The notes: a model not told the origin generated them from the letters alone. A stretch of DNA of 19,869 nt from Candidatus Nanohaloarchaea archaeon (GCA_041640075.1 JBEQAY010000011.1:1-19869), one strand, 5' to 3'. Positions 1 through 8,466 are shown, counted from the first letter of the stretch. Program-made: numbers and translations.

Positions 1-98
1 TTTACTACAACCAGTCAAACAGTTCCTGGGACAGTCTTGAATGGGTTGCCCAAAACATCCCCAAGGATTGGGTCAAAGAGATAGAGGAACTGGAATAG
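1..98 (+). CDS. 3' end of an upstream hypothetical protein (partial)
   Basis: Frame 3 is open from the window edge (YYNQSNSSWDSLEWVAQNIPKDWVKEIEELE) to TAG at 96-98, with an acidic C-terminus like neighbouring proteins. Confidence 0.6.
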   Translation, partial: YYNQSNSSWDSLEWVAQNIPKDWVKEIEELE

Positions 99-129
99 AT
101 ATTTAGCTTTTCACAGCCGAGACTTCATT

Positions 130-648
130 ATGGTTTACACAGGTAGAGGTGACAGAGGACGTACAGATCTTTCTTCAGGTGAGAGAGTATCCAAAAGCAG
201 CGAGCGCATCGAGGCGTACGGCACAGTCGATGAACTGAACTCACTGACCGGTCTATGCCGCAGCTACACAGAAGACAAGGAGGAAGAGCTGGAGGAGATC
301 CAGAACGAGTTACATATATTACAGGCCGAGCTGGCAAACCGTGAACCAGATGTTAAAGTTACTGAAGAAAATATTGAAAGACTTGAAGAACTTTGCGACC
401 ACTACCAAGAGGAATGTCCTCCGCTCAGAAGTTTTGTTCTTGCCGGAGGATGCAAAAGTGCTGCACAGCTGCATAATGCCCGTTCAGTAGCCAGGAGAGC
501 GGAGAGAAAGATTGTGGAGCTTGATCAGGATGAGGAGCTCCGTGAAGAAGTCCTGGCCTACATCAACCGGTTAAGCGACCTATTCTTCCTTATGGCACGA
601 CACGAAAACCATCTGGAAGGAGTTGAGGAGAAAAATCCAAAGTACTGA
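130..648 (+). CDS. pduO: ATP:cob(I)alamin adenosyltransferase, PduO type
   Basis: Motifs VYTGRGDRGRT, RVSK..ERIEAYGTVDELNS, ARSVARRAER and YINRLSDLFF match the PduO/MMAB family. Confidence 0.93.
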   Translation: MVYTGRGDRGRTDLSSGERVSKSSERIEAYGTVDELNSLTGLCRSYTEDKEEELEEIQNELHILQAELANREPDVKVTEENIERLEELCDHYQEECPPLRSFVLAGGCKSAAQLHNARSVARRAERKIVELDQDEELREEVLAYINRLSDLFFLMARHENHLEGVEEKNPKY

Positions 649-657
649 AACGGGAAT

Positions 658-1266
658 CTAGGAGAGCATCTCCTTCATCTTCTCAACCTCGTGTTCAACG
701 ATTCCATGGTGAGACCCCTCGAAAATGTACTTTTCTACATCAGCGTTCAGTTCTTCGAAAACTTCTACCGTTTTCTCCACCCGTTCAAGCGGGATGTGAG
801 GGTCGCTGTCGCTGCAGCCGGCGAAGACCGGTGTACCTTCTAGATCACCCTCGAACTCCTGCACTTCTTCACCGATTAATCCTCCGCTCAGAAGGATTAA
901 ACCGCCGTAACGTTCTGAATTTGAAGCGGCGTACTCCGAGGTCAGGCAGGCACCCTGGGAAAACCCGAGCAGGTAAACATTTTCCCTGCCAACCTCTTCC
1001 GAGACTTCCTCTAACAGCGAACCCACTTTTTCAAGAGCCGAATCGAGGTGCGGCTGGTTCTTCTCACGCGGCTCCAGGAAGCTCCTTGGATACCATTCCC
1101 GCCTTGCAGCCTGCGGAGCGAGGTAAGCTGCTTCCGGAAGATCATCTGCCAGCTGAAGAATACTCTCAGCGGTAGCACCACGTCCGTGAAGCATTATAAC
1201 CGCCTTATCCGCATCTTCCAGTTCCTGACCTGCTTCAAACACAGGCTGATCTTCATGAACAGTCAT
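658..1266 (-). CDS. Phospholipase/carboxylesterase family alpha/beta hydrolase (MhqD-like)
   Basis: LHGRG oxyanion loop, GFSQG nucleophile elbow, D in SDPHIP, H in HHGI. ATGA overlap with the upstream dioxygenase. Confidence 0.9.
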   Translation of the reverse strand: MTVHEDQPVFEAGQELEDADKAVIMLHGRGATAESILQLADDLPEAAYLAPQAARREWYPRSFLEPREKNQPHLDSALEKVGSLLEEVSEEVGRENVYLLGFSQGACLTSEYAASNSERYGGLILLSGGLIGEEVQEFEGDLEGTPVFAGCSDSDPHIPLERVEKTVEVFEELNADVEKYIFEGSHHGIVEHEVEKMKEMLS

Positions 1267-2198
1267 TGATTTATTTCACCCTCTCTGAACTCCGGCAGGT
1301 TTTCAAGTATCTCTTCACGTCGGCCCTGAAGGTTTTCAGGTAGTACAAAATTGGTTCCAAGCTCCTCGACGCTCTCATCGGCCGTGTAGCCCGGTCCCAT
1401 GCTGGAGAACTCGAACAGAATTCCTGCAGGTGTTCTTGCATACGTTGATGTAAAGTATTTCCTGCTGATCGCAGGTGAAGGCCGCATACCGATCTTCATC
1501 AGTTTGTCTCTCCACTGCTCGATTTCTTCATCTGTTTCTCCCGCTTTGAATGCTATGTGATGTACTGATCCTTTACCCATTCTTCCACGTTGATCAGTCT
1601 CCTCAACCTCCACGCATGAGCCGTCCTCCGCGTCGAAGAACGTGTTTTGATACTCATCTTCTGCTTCTTCAAGCCCCATTCTGTCAAGTACTGGCCGTAT
1701 GCTCGAGACGCTCTGAACCGACAGCTTCACATGGTTCATTCCACGGATCTGGTTTTCTTCGGGTACAGCACTAGCCTTCCATGAAACGTAATTGTCGTCT
1801 GTTTCTACAGGTACAAGCCGTAGCGGCAGTCCGTCAGGATCGGAGAAGCTGAGCGTAGTTTTCCATCTCCATTCCTCTTCTTCAAAACTTATTTCCTCGT
1901 CTTCGAATTGTTCCTTCCAGTAGTCCAGTGAGTCTTCCGGTACTCTGAGGCCGAGTTCTGTTATCATGCCTGCGCCCGGTTGTCCCGACTGGTCGGACAT
2001 TCCGGGGAAGAAGGTTATCCCGCTGCCCGGCGTTCCTTCTTTGTCGCCGTAGAACAGGTGGTACATCTCCGGTGCGTCGTGGTTAACGGTTTTCTTCACC
2101 ATCCTCATTCCGAGCTTGTTGACATAGAACTTTGCGTTCTCTGTTGGATCTCCAGCAATAGCTGTGAAATGGTGGAGGCCTGTAACTTTGAGTGTCAT
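1263..2198 (-). CDS. Ring-cleaving dioxygenase, glyoxalase/VOC family (MhqA/E/O-like)
   Basis: GLHHFTA, KKTVNHD..YHLFYGD..G.PG..ITFF, GSVHHIAF and ILFE give a His/His/Glu metal triad. Start moved from 2297 to ATG 2198 (MTLKVTG), which has TTTAA about 28 nt upstream. Confidence 0.9.
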   Translation of the reverse strand: MTLKVTGLHHFTAIAGDPTENAKFYVNKLGMRMVKKTVNHDAPEMYHLFYGDKEGTPGSGITFFPGMSDQSGQPGAGMITELGLRVPEDSLDYWKEQFEDEEISFEEEEWRWKTTLSFSDPDGLPLRLVPVETDDNYVSWKASAVPEENQIRGMNHVKLSVQSVSSIRPVLDRMGLEEAEDEYQNTFFDAEDGSCVEVEETDQRGRMGKGSVHHIAFKAGETDEEIEQWRDKLMKIGMRPSPAISRKYFTSTYARTPAGILFEFSSMGPGYTADESVEELGTNFVLPENLQGRREEILENLPEFREGEINQ

Positions 2199-2299
2199 GG
2201 CGGGAAAAGGATGAAGGAGTGTTAAATGGTAACCGGGTACCTCGGTGTAACTGGAGACGCAGTTCTTTTTCAACAAGCAACAAGTTAAACTGGGCATAG

Positions 2300-4951
2300 A
2301 TGGGCTGGCACGACAGGGACCTGGAGCAGGTATACAACGAACTCGATGCAGATGAGACAGGTCTGGACAGCGAGGAAGTGGAAAAAAGGAGAGAAGAGCA
2401 TGGAGACAACAGTATAGAGAGCGGCGACAGCTTATCTCCAGTAAAGATTTTCATCAGTCAGTTCCAGGACGCACTCGTCTACATGCTTATCGCCGCAGCC
2501 CTTGTATCCATAAGCGTAGGATTTCTGCCAAGAGAAGAAGCACGCGTAACAGAGGCAGGACTCATAGTTTTCATACTTGTACTGAACGGAGTCTTCGGCT
2601 TCATACAGGATTACAGAGCCGAGAAATCGATCCAGGCGCTGAAGAAGATGTCCACTCCAAAGGTAAAGGCGCTGCGTGATGGAGAGAAAAAGGAGATAGA
2701 TCCTGGAGAGCTGGTTCCTGGCGACCTAATCTTCCTGGAGCCAGGTAGCTCGGTTCCTGCAGACGCAAGACTAATCGAAGCGGACGGACTCGACGCTGAC
2801 GAATCTACATTAACAGGTGAAAGCGCAGAGGTCGACAAAGAGCCAGGAACAGTTGAAAATGATGCTCCTGTAGCTGAAAGGACCAATATGGTTTTCAAGA
2901 ACACCAACGTCATCAACGGATCCGGTAAAGCAGTGGTCGTCGAGACGGGTATGGATACAGAGGTAGGCGGAATCGCAGAACAGCTGAATCAGGCAGAAGA
3001 AAGGTTAACTCCGTTCCAGCGAGAGGTAAACCAGCTGGGCCACAGGCTTGGCTACATTATACTTGGAGTTATCGCGATCGTAACAGTTTTCCAGTTCATA
3101 TTCACCTCCGCCGCACCACTAACCATCTTCCTGGCCGCATTAAGCCTCGCAGTAGCAGCCAACCCGGTTGGACTTCCGGCAGCTGTAACTCTGGCTCTGG
3201 CGGTGGGATCACGCAAGATGCTTGAACAAGACGTACTGGTTCGAAGACTGAACGTTATCGAAAGCATCGGCTCAGTCGATGTCATCATCACAGACAAGAC
3301 CGGTACACTGACAGAAGAGAAGATGACAGTCAGAAAACTGCTGTTCCAGAACGAAGAGTTCGATGTATTCAAAGAAGACGAAGACAAACCAGCCTTCCAG
3401 AGACACGGACACGAAACCAATCCAGAACACCTGGAACCATTACTCAGATGCGGACTTGAATGCAACAACGCAGAGAAAGCACCTGAAGACGCCGACACCG
3501 AGTTCTACGGCGATCCAACAGAATCAGCACTACTCGTAGCAGCAAGAAGAGGAGGAATCGAAGAACAGTCGGAGAGAAAGCGCGAGATTCCTTTCAGCTC
3601 CGACAGAAAACGAATGACGGTCATAACAGAAGATGGCGAAGCTTTCATGAAGGGAGCGCCGGAAGTAGTTCTGGATAGATGTAGCAAGATCCTGATCGAC
3701 GGAGAAGTTCAAGAATTAACAGAGGAGCACAGAGAACACATAATTGAAAAGAACGAGGAGTTCAGCAGCGACGCACTGCGTACACTCGGATTCGCCAGGA
3801 AAGAAGTTGAAGACGCAGAAGCGGAGGAGAAAGAAATTGAGAACGGTATGGTCTTCCTCGGTATTCAGGGAATGATCGATCCTCCTCGGGAAGAGGTTCC
3901 TCAAGCAGTTCAGGACTGCCGGAACGCAGGCGTACAGGTAGTAATGGCGACAGGAGACGACGAAACAACCGCGAAAGCGATCGGAAAGCAGACAGGCTTC
4001 GACTCCAGCAAATCCATGAGCAGCAAAGAACTCCACAGCCTCGACAAAGAGGAAGACCAGGACAGAATAATCGATACCGAAATCTTTGCACGTGTAACAC
4101 CTTCAGACAAAGTAGATATACTGAAAGCACATCAGGAAGCCGGTAACAACGTGGCAATGACCGGAAACGGCGTTAACGATGCGCCAGCACTGAAGAACGC
4201 GGATATTGGAGTGGCTATGGGGGAAAGAGGAACAGATGTAGCCCAGCAGTCCAGCGACATGATAGTACAGGACGACAACTTCGCCAGTATAAGAGATGCT
4301 ATCGAGGAAGGACGGGGAATTAGCGACAACATACGGAAATCGGTCAACTACCTACTCTCAGGAAACATGGGCGAGGTAATGGTCGTATTCTTCGGATTAA
4401 TAATAGGAGGAATCTTCTTCCCAGAGGTTTTCCAGACTCACAGCGAGGCACTTATCCTAACGCCGATGATGCTACTCTGGATCAACTTCATCAGCGACGG
4501 GTTTCCAGCACTCGCACTAAGCACGGATCCACCAAAAGAAGACATCATGCAGGAGAAGGAGAGATACGGCAGCAAGTCCCTGATAGACGGTACAATACTG
4601 AAATCGATACTCTACATAGGACTACTGATGGCAGTGACAGGTCTACCTGTCTTCTTCCTTTCACTGGGTAAAGGGCTGCTCGTGGCGCAGACCGCTCTCT
4701 TCACATTTGTGATCCTGGCAGAGATGGCACGTATACAGGTAATAAGAAACAGGTACGGCCACAGCATACTCAGCAACAGATGGGTGATCGCTTCGTTTGG
4801 GGTTTCAATCGGGCTCCAGTTTATCCTGCTTTACACTCCTGCTGCAGAGATATTCGGAACCGCTTCACTTGGTTTAAACAGCTGGAAGTGGATACTGGGA
4901 GCATGTGCAGCTTTTACAGCCCTGATTGCGGTACTGGCGAGAAAAGGATAG
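2300..4951 (+). CDS. P-type cation-transporting ATPase, P2A (SERCA/Ca2+-ATPase)-like scaffold with atypical motifs
   Basis: TGES, DKTGTLT (D332), KGAPE, DPPR, TGD and GVNDAPALK present; TM5 SGNMGE; TM6 WINFISDG. TM4 reads NPVGLP and the hinge reads TGNGVND. Confidence 0.95.
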   Translation: MGWHDRDLEQVYNELDADETGLDSEEVEKRREEHGDNSIESGDSLSPVKIFISQFQDALVYMLIAAALVSISVGFLPREEARVTEAGLIVFILVLNGVFGFIQDYRAEKSIQALKKMSTPKVKALRDGEKKEIDPGELVPGDLIFLEPGSSVPADARLIEADGLDADESTLTGESAEVDKEPGTVENDAPVAERTNMVFKNTNVINGSGKAVVVETGMDTEVGGIAEQLNQAEERLTPFQREVNQLGHRLGYIILGVIAIVTVFQFIFTSAAPLTIFLAALSLAVAANPVGLPAAVTLALAVGSRKMLEQDVLVRRLNVIESIGSVDVIITDKTGTLTEEKMTVRKLLFQNEEFDVFKEDEDKPAFQRHGHETNPEHLEPLLRCGLECNNAEKAPEDADTEFYGDPTESALLVAARRGGIEEQSERKREIPFSSDRKRMTVITEDGEAFMKGAPEVVLDRCSKILIDGEVQELTEEHREHIIEKNEEFSSDALRTLGFARKEVEDAEAEEKEIENGMVFLGIQGMIDPPREEVPQAVQDCRNAGVQVVMATGDDETTAKAIGKQTGFDSSKSMSSKELHSLDKEEDQDRIIDTEIFARVTPSDKVDILKAHQEAGNNVAMTGNGVNDAPALKNADIGVAMGERGTDVAQQSSDMIVQDDNFASIRDAIEEGRGISDNIRKSVNYLLSGNMGEVMVVFFGLIIGGIFFPEVFQTHSEALILTPMMLLWINFISDGFPALALSTDPPKEDIMQEKERYGSKSLIDGTILKSILYIGLLMAVTGLPVFFLSLGKGLLVAQTALFTFVILAEMARIQVIRNRYGHSILSNRWVIASFGVSIGLQFILLYTPAAEIFGTASLGLNSWKWILGACAAFTALIAVLARKG

Positions 4952-4973
4952 GAAAGAAAATTTTGGAGATGAT

Positions 4974-6011
4974 TCAGAGCTTTCTGTTCCATTCGTCGCT
5001 GGAGAATTTTTCCTCTGCAAGTTCACGGGCCTCCTCAAGTTCCTCCTCTGAGAGAGACCCCTCAGTGACGTTTCTTTTCTCCGAGAACTTCTCTATCATC
5101 TTCTCGATCACTTTCTCCCGCGGATGGTCCACATGTTCGGAAATTCTGGAAACCCGCTGCTCTGCTGATTTGACCGCTTTGTCGGAGACTTTCTCCTTGC
5201 CGATTCTGAGGACGCGGAGCATCTCCTCCGTATCCAGGTCAAAGCTTATCGTGGTGTGGTGGAGCACCGCATCATCCTTTCTCAACTGGGCTGCACCACC
5301 CAGCTTCCCTTCTTCATGCTCTATATCGTTAAGTGGCTCGTAACTGGCTTCAACACCAAGCTCTTTCAAGGCTTCTACTGCAAACCTGTCCAGTTCCTCG
5401 TAGCTCTCCTCAATACCTTCAGGAGCTTTCTCCTTCGGCAGGTAGATGGAGTAAGTTATAACGTTTCCTGGCTCGACGAACATCGCTCCACCGCCTGTAA
5501 TCCTCCTGACAACTTCGATATTGTTCTCCTCAGCGTAGTTGACCTCTACCTCGTCTTCAAAGCTCTGGAACCTTCCCATCGGCACACTCGGGTTTTCACG
5601 GTACCAGAAACGCAGAGTAGGCTGTAGATCTCCGGATTCCATCCTCCCAGTTAATATTTCGTCGATACCGTGGTGCATGGCTTCGCTGTACTCGCCTTCA
5701 TTTATAATCCGCCATTCAAGCTCCTCTTCGTCTTCCTGTTCATCTCCGGAATCTTTTTCTTCTGCAGCTGCCTGTATGAATGCTTCTGCGACGTTTTCAG
5801 GGGAGAAACCTATGAACTCTGCGTCTACATCCTTCAGGGTTTTCTCTACTTTTTCCTGAGTCGCATCTGTCAGGTTGGAGAGTCTCTGCTGTATATCCTC
5901 AAGGGCTTCAGGCGGTTCAAGGAAGAAGTCTCCGCGAACCGTTACCTCGCCGTCGTCGATTTTAACCTTTACTAGCTTGCCTTCAGGTATCTTTACAGAA
6001 GCCTCTGCCAT
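4974..6011 (-). CDS. lplA: Lipoate-protein ligase A, circularly permuted (LplB-like domain N-terminal)
   Basis: N-terminal KIPEGKLVKV...GDFFLEP accessory domain, an acidic linker, then the catalytic domain with PTLRFW, RRITGGGAMF, NDI, GKLGGAAQ and LHHTT. Confidence 0.9.
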   Translation of the reverse strand: MAEASVKIPEGKLVKVKIDDGEVTVRGDFFLEPPEALEDIQQRLSNLTDATQEKVEKTLKDVDAEFIGFSPENVAEAFIQAAAEEKDSGDEQEDEEELEWRIINEGEYSEAMHHGIDEILTGRMESGDLQPTLRFWYRENPSVPMGRFQSFEDEVEVNYAEENNIEVVRRITGGGAMFVEPGNVITYSIYLPKEKAPEGIEESYEELDRFAVEALKELGVEASYEPLNDIEHEEGKLGGAAQLRKDDAVLHHTTISFDLDTEEMLRVLRIGKEKVSDKAVKSAEQRVSRISEHVDHPREKVIEKMIEKFSEKRNVTEGSLSEEELEEARELAEEKFSSDEWNRKL

Positions 6012-6034
6012 AGCCTTAAATCCGCCGCGCTGAC

Positions 6035-6041
6035 TTTTATA
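6035..6041. promoter_or_regulatory. Putative bidirectional TATA box
   Basis: TTTTATA reads TTTATA on + (30 nt before ATG 6066) and TATAAAA on - (30 nt before ATG 6011). Confidence 0.55.
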
Positions 6042-6065
6042 CGTTCACTATACCCCTTGATACGT

Positions 6066-6794
6066 ATGACCGATCTTGAAGTCGAGAAAGTTGAAGGAAC
6101 CGGAACACCTGTAGTCTTCATCCACGGATGGATGGGATCCAAGAAATCCTGGAAACACGTAAGAGAAAACCTAGAACTCGACAACCCTATGATTTTCTAC
6201 AGTCAGCGGTGTCACGGCGGATCAGAGTGCAGCGGTTTCAGCATCGAAGACCTTGCACACGATCTGCAGGAGGTAACGGAAGAACTGGACAACCCCATCC
6301 TTGTAGGACACTCAATGGGAGGAATGACGGCGCTAACCTATTCAACAGTTTCAGAAAATTTTTCAGGCATGTTGCTCCTGGCAACGTGCGCCTCTACACC
6401 TGAACCCAAGTACAGATCCCCCGATTTCTTCCTGGAAAAACTTGGAGACATGGCACGCCGGAAATGGGCAGAAATGATAACAGATAACTACGCAGAGAAC
6501 GCTGATCCTGAAATCAGGGAGTTCAGTATATCAGAGCTAATCCAGGCAGACAGAAAACCTCTAGTGAAAGGCCTGAACGCCATGATAGACTACAACGCTC
6601 GTGAACAGCTCCAGGAAGAAAACGCACTCGTTGTAGCAGGTAGAAACGACAACACAATCCCGAAAGAACAGGTAGAGGAATTGGCAGAGCTCCTGAACTG
6701 TGAGTACCGCGAGATAGACGCCACACATCTGATGCTCCAGGAAACACCCGGTAAAATTGCAGAGATAACTGAAGAATTCACAGAAACTCAGTAA
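6066..6794 (+). CDS. Alpha/beta fold hydrolase
   Basis: FIHGW, GHSMGG nucleophile, D in GRNDNTI, H in ATHLML. Start moved from 6057 to ATG 6066 on TATA spacing. Confidence 0.88.
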   Translation: MTDLEVEKVEGTGTPVVFIHGWMGSKKSWKHVRENLELDNPMIFYSQRCHGGSECSGFSIEDLAHDLQEVTEELDNPILVGHSMGGMTALTYSTVSENFSGMLLLATCASTPEPKYRSPDFFLEKLGDMARRKWAEMITDNYAENADPEIREFSISELIQADRKPLVKGLNAMIDYNAREQLQEENALVVAGRNDNTIPKEQVEELAELLNCEYREIDATHLMLQETPGKIAEITEEFTETQ

Positions 6795-7675
6795 AACTCT
6801 CCATCCTCTTCAACCACGAAACAGTGGCCCTGTGACGTCTCCGAACCCTCAGAAATCCAGTCAAAGTTTCTGTACTTTTCCTCGAGCAACCTGGAAACCT
6901 CTGAAGACTCAGGTTCAAACGGAACGTGCTCTCCATCCGTGAAGCTTTCGACCAGAGCTGAAGAAAGGTTCTCGAAGCCGTAACCAGCCTCACCTACAGA
7001 CGGAAGACCTTGTATAAAGGCTTTCTCTCCATCACGCAGATCCATGTTCTGCTCCAGAAACTCTGCATCCCAGGGTTCCACAGCTATGACACCATGGCTC
7101 ATGACAGAGCCTCCATTCCTCCACAGGCTGCTGCCAGCGATGGTCTTTCCCTGTTCAACTCCTTCTGGAGTATCCATACCACCGTACCTGATTGCATCAT
7201 GTTCTAGGCATACCTCCAGATCTTCTTCAGGTACTCCAGCAACGGTCAGTGCATCCTTCAGTGCGGGACCCACCCTGTCCTCGAAGACCGTGTCCGGGAA
7301 CTCGTTGACCGGGTAGGCAACGCTGTACGCCAAGCTGTTCTCCAGGCATGGAATCGTTGAACCGTTTGTCTCACGTCTCGTGAAATCGTAACCGTTGGAT
7401 ATAGCTGAATCGATCTCCTCGACCGATGTATGGCGTGAAGCCACGAAAGCCGGCTCTTCAAAACCGTAAACCCTCAGAAAAGCTTCACCTGTCTCTGCCG
7501 ACCTCTCCAGTATGTAGTCATCCAGCGCCATGTTCACAGCCGCCGAATACCTGAAGGGCTCACCCTTCTCAAAGTCAAAATCAAGCCTGTACTCTTCCAC
7601 AACAGAAACTCTGTAGACACGCAAACAAAAAACCAGAACACCCTCAGACAAACCAGTTAAAAAAATAGCCCGCAC
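6788..7675 (-). CDS. Divergent BPL/LplA/LipB-fold protein (lipoate ligase/transferase-like); start uncertain
   Basis: NMALDD, LRVYGF, RRETNGSTI (cf. RRxTGGGAV), LAYSV, IAGSS and HGVI are collinear with the Lpl catalytic domain. No ATG near the 5' end; candidate starts are GTG 7675, TTG 7624 and GTG 7600. Confidence 0.72.
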   Translation of the reverse strand: MRAIFLTGLSEGVLVFCLRVYRVSVVEEYRLDFDFEKGEPFRYSAAVNMALDDYILERSAETGEAFLRVYGFEEPAFVASRHTSVEEIDSAISNGYDFTRRETNGSTIPCLENSLAYSVAYPVNEFPDTVFEDRVGPALKDALTVAGVPEEDLEVCLEHDAIRYGGMDTPEGVEQGKTIAGSSLWRNGGSVMSHGVIAVEPWDAEFLEQNMDLRDGEKAFIQGLPSVGEAGYGFENLSSALVESFTDGEHVPFEPESSEVSRLLEEKYRNFDWISEGSETSQGHCFVVEEDGEFY

Positions 7676-7693
7676 CTTTCTATAACACAGACA

Positions 7694-7832
7694 AAGCCTC
7701 CAACGCTCGACCTAGATGAGGCTTCTGAAGTCGGTTCATTAGGAACCGTCTCCGCGTGATCAAACTTCGCGGCGCAGACTCCAAGAGTCTGCTAACAGCA
7801 GATTTTGCTGAAAAATCTGCGGCAACAAGTTT
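7694..7832 (+). ncRNA. Structured tRNA 5' leader element, long copy
   Basis: Hairpins at 7694-7724, 7732-7748, 7752-7772, 7774-7792 and 7798-7820. The 18-mer at 7754-7771 is identical to 19722-19739. AAGTTT abuts the tRNA; TTAAAA at 7657-7662 lies upstream. Confidence 0.7.
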
Positions 7833-7915
<83 letters not shown>

Positions 7916-7917
7916 CT

Positions 7918-8466
7918 CTAAGTTCTGTATAGAAGTGCAGTCGAAACTACTGTACCTGTTAAGGACATTGAACCCATTATCAAAAATAATGTCTCAAAGC
8001 CAAAATTCTGGATTATGTAACCTGCTATGATCGCTGATATCCCTGATACGATCCAGTACATTGATTCCCATACTCCCCACTCATACGCATATTTTCCTTC
8101 ATCAAGGTTCTGAGAGTAGACCTCGTCAAAGGCGGGGGATCTGACTGCTGTGGCTAAGCCAACAATTCCTTGAACCGCAAACATCTGCAGGGGATTTTCC
8201 ACGAATAGATAACCGAAAAAACCGATTGTCGAAAGCAGATATCCGACCACAACCAGTTTCTGAGTATCAACTGCTTTATTCTCCAGTTTACTTGACGCAA
8301 GGATCAACAGGCCTGCGACCACTGCATATATACTGTATGAGCTTCCTGCGATAAACGCTCCGCCGCCAATCTCTTTCACAAAGACGGCGTAGAAAGGTGC
8401 GAAAAGCCCTGCGGCAAAAACACTGAAAGCGGACGCAGAGTTCAGAATTTTAAGTTCAGTATTCAT
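7918..8466 (-). CDS. Half-size (6-TM) MFS-like transporter
   Basis: Six hydrophobic segments with MFS domain spacing (FAPFYAVFV, motif-A-like SKLENKAVDTQK, AVQGIVGLA, IAGYIIQNFGF). TTTTAA lies 31 nt upstream. Confidence 0.8.
   Translation of the reverse strand: MNTELKILNSASAFSVFAAGLFAPFYAVFVKEIGGGAFIAGSSYSIYAVVAGLLILASSKLENKAVDTQKLVVVGYLLSTIGFFGYLFVENPLQMFAVQGIVGLATAVRSPAFDEVYSQNLDEGKYAYEWGVWESMYWIVSGISAIIAGYIIQNFGFETLFLIMGSMSLTGTVVSTALLYRT

Noticed and set aside
2232..2246. Imperfect palindrome ACCGGGTACCTCGGT between the dioxygenase and ATPase genes
   Set aside because: Single short imperfect copy and no regulator gene nearby; not supportable as an operator.
2199..2297. N-terminal ORF extensions in the supplied track (also 10896-10973, 10286-10312, 17060-17086, 19602-19664)
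   Set aside because: They are not family-like, and most run through promoter regions or upstream genes; downstream ATGs fit family N-termini and, in most cases, TATA or SD spacing.
7694..7832. Leader read as a CRISPR repeat, known self-cleaving ribozyme, C/D RNA or tRNA intron
   Set aside because: Only two dispersed copies without spacers; no hammerhead CTGATGA/GAAA core or pistol, twister or HDV consensus that I can fit; no proper C and D box pair; both tRNAs are complete and uninterrupted.
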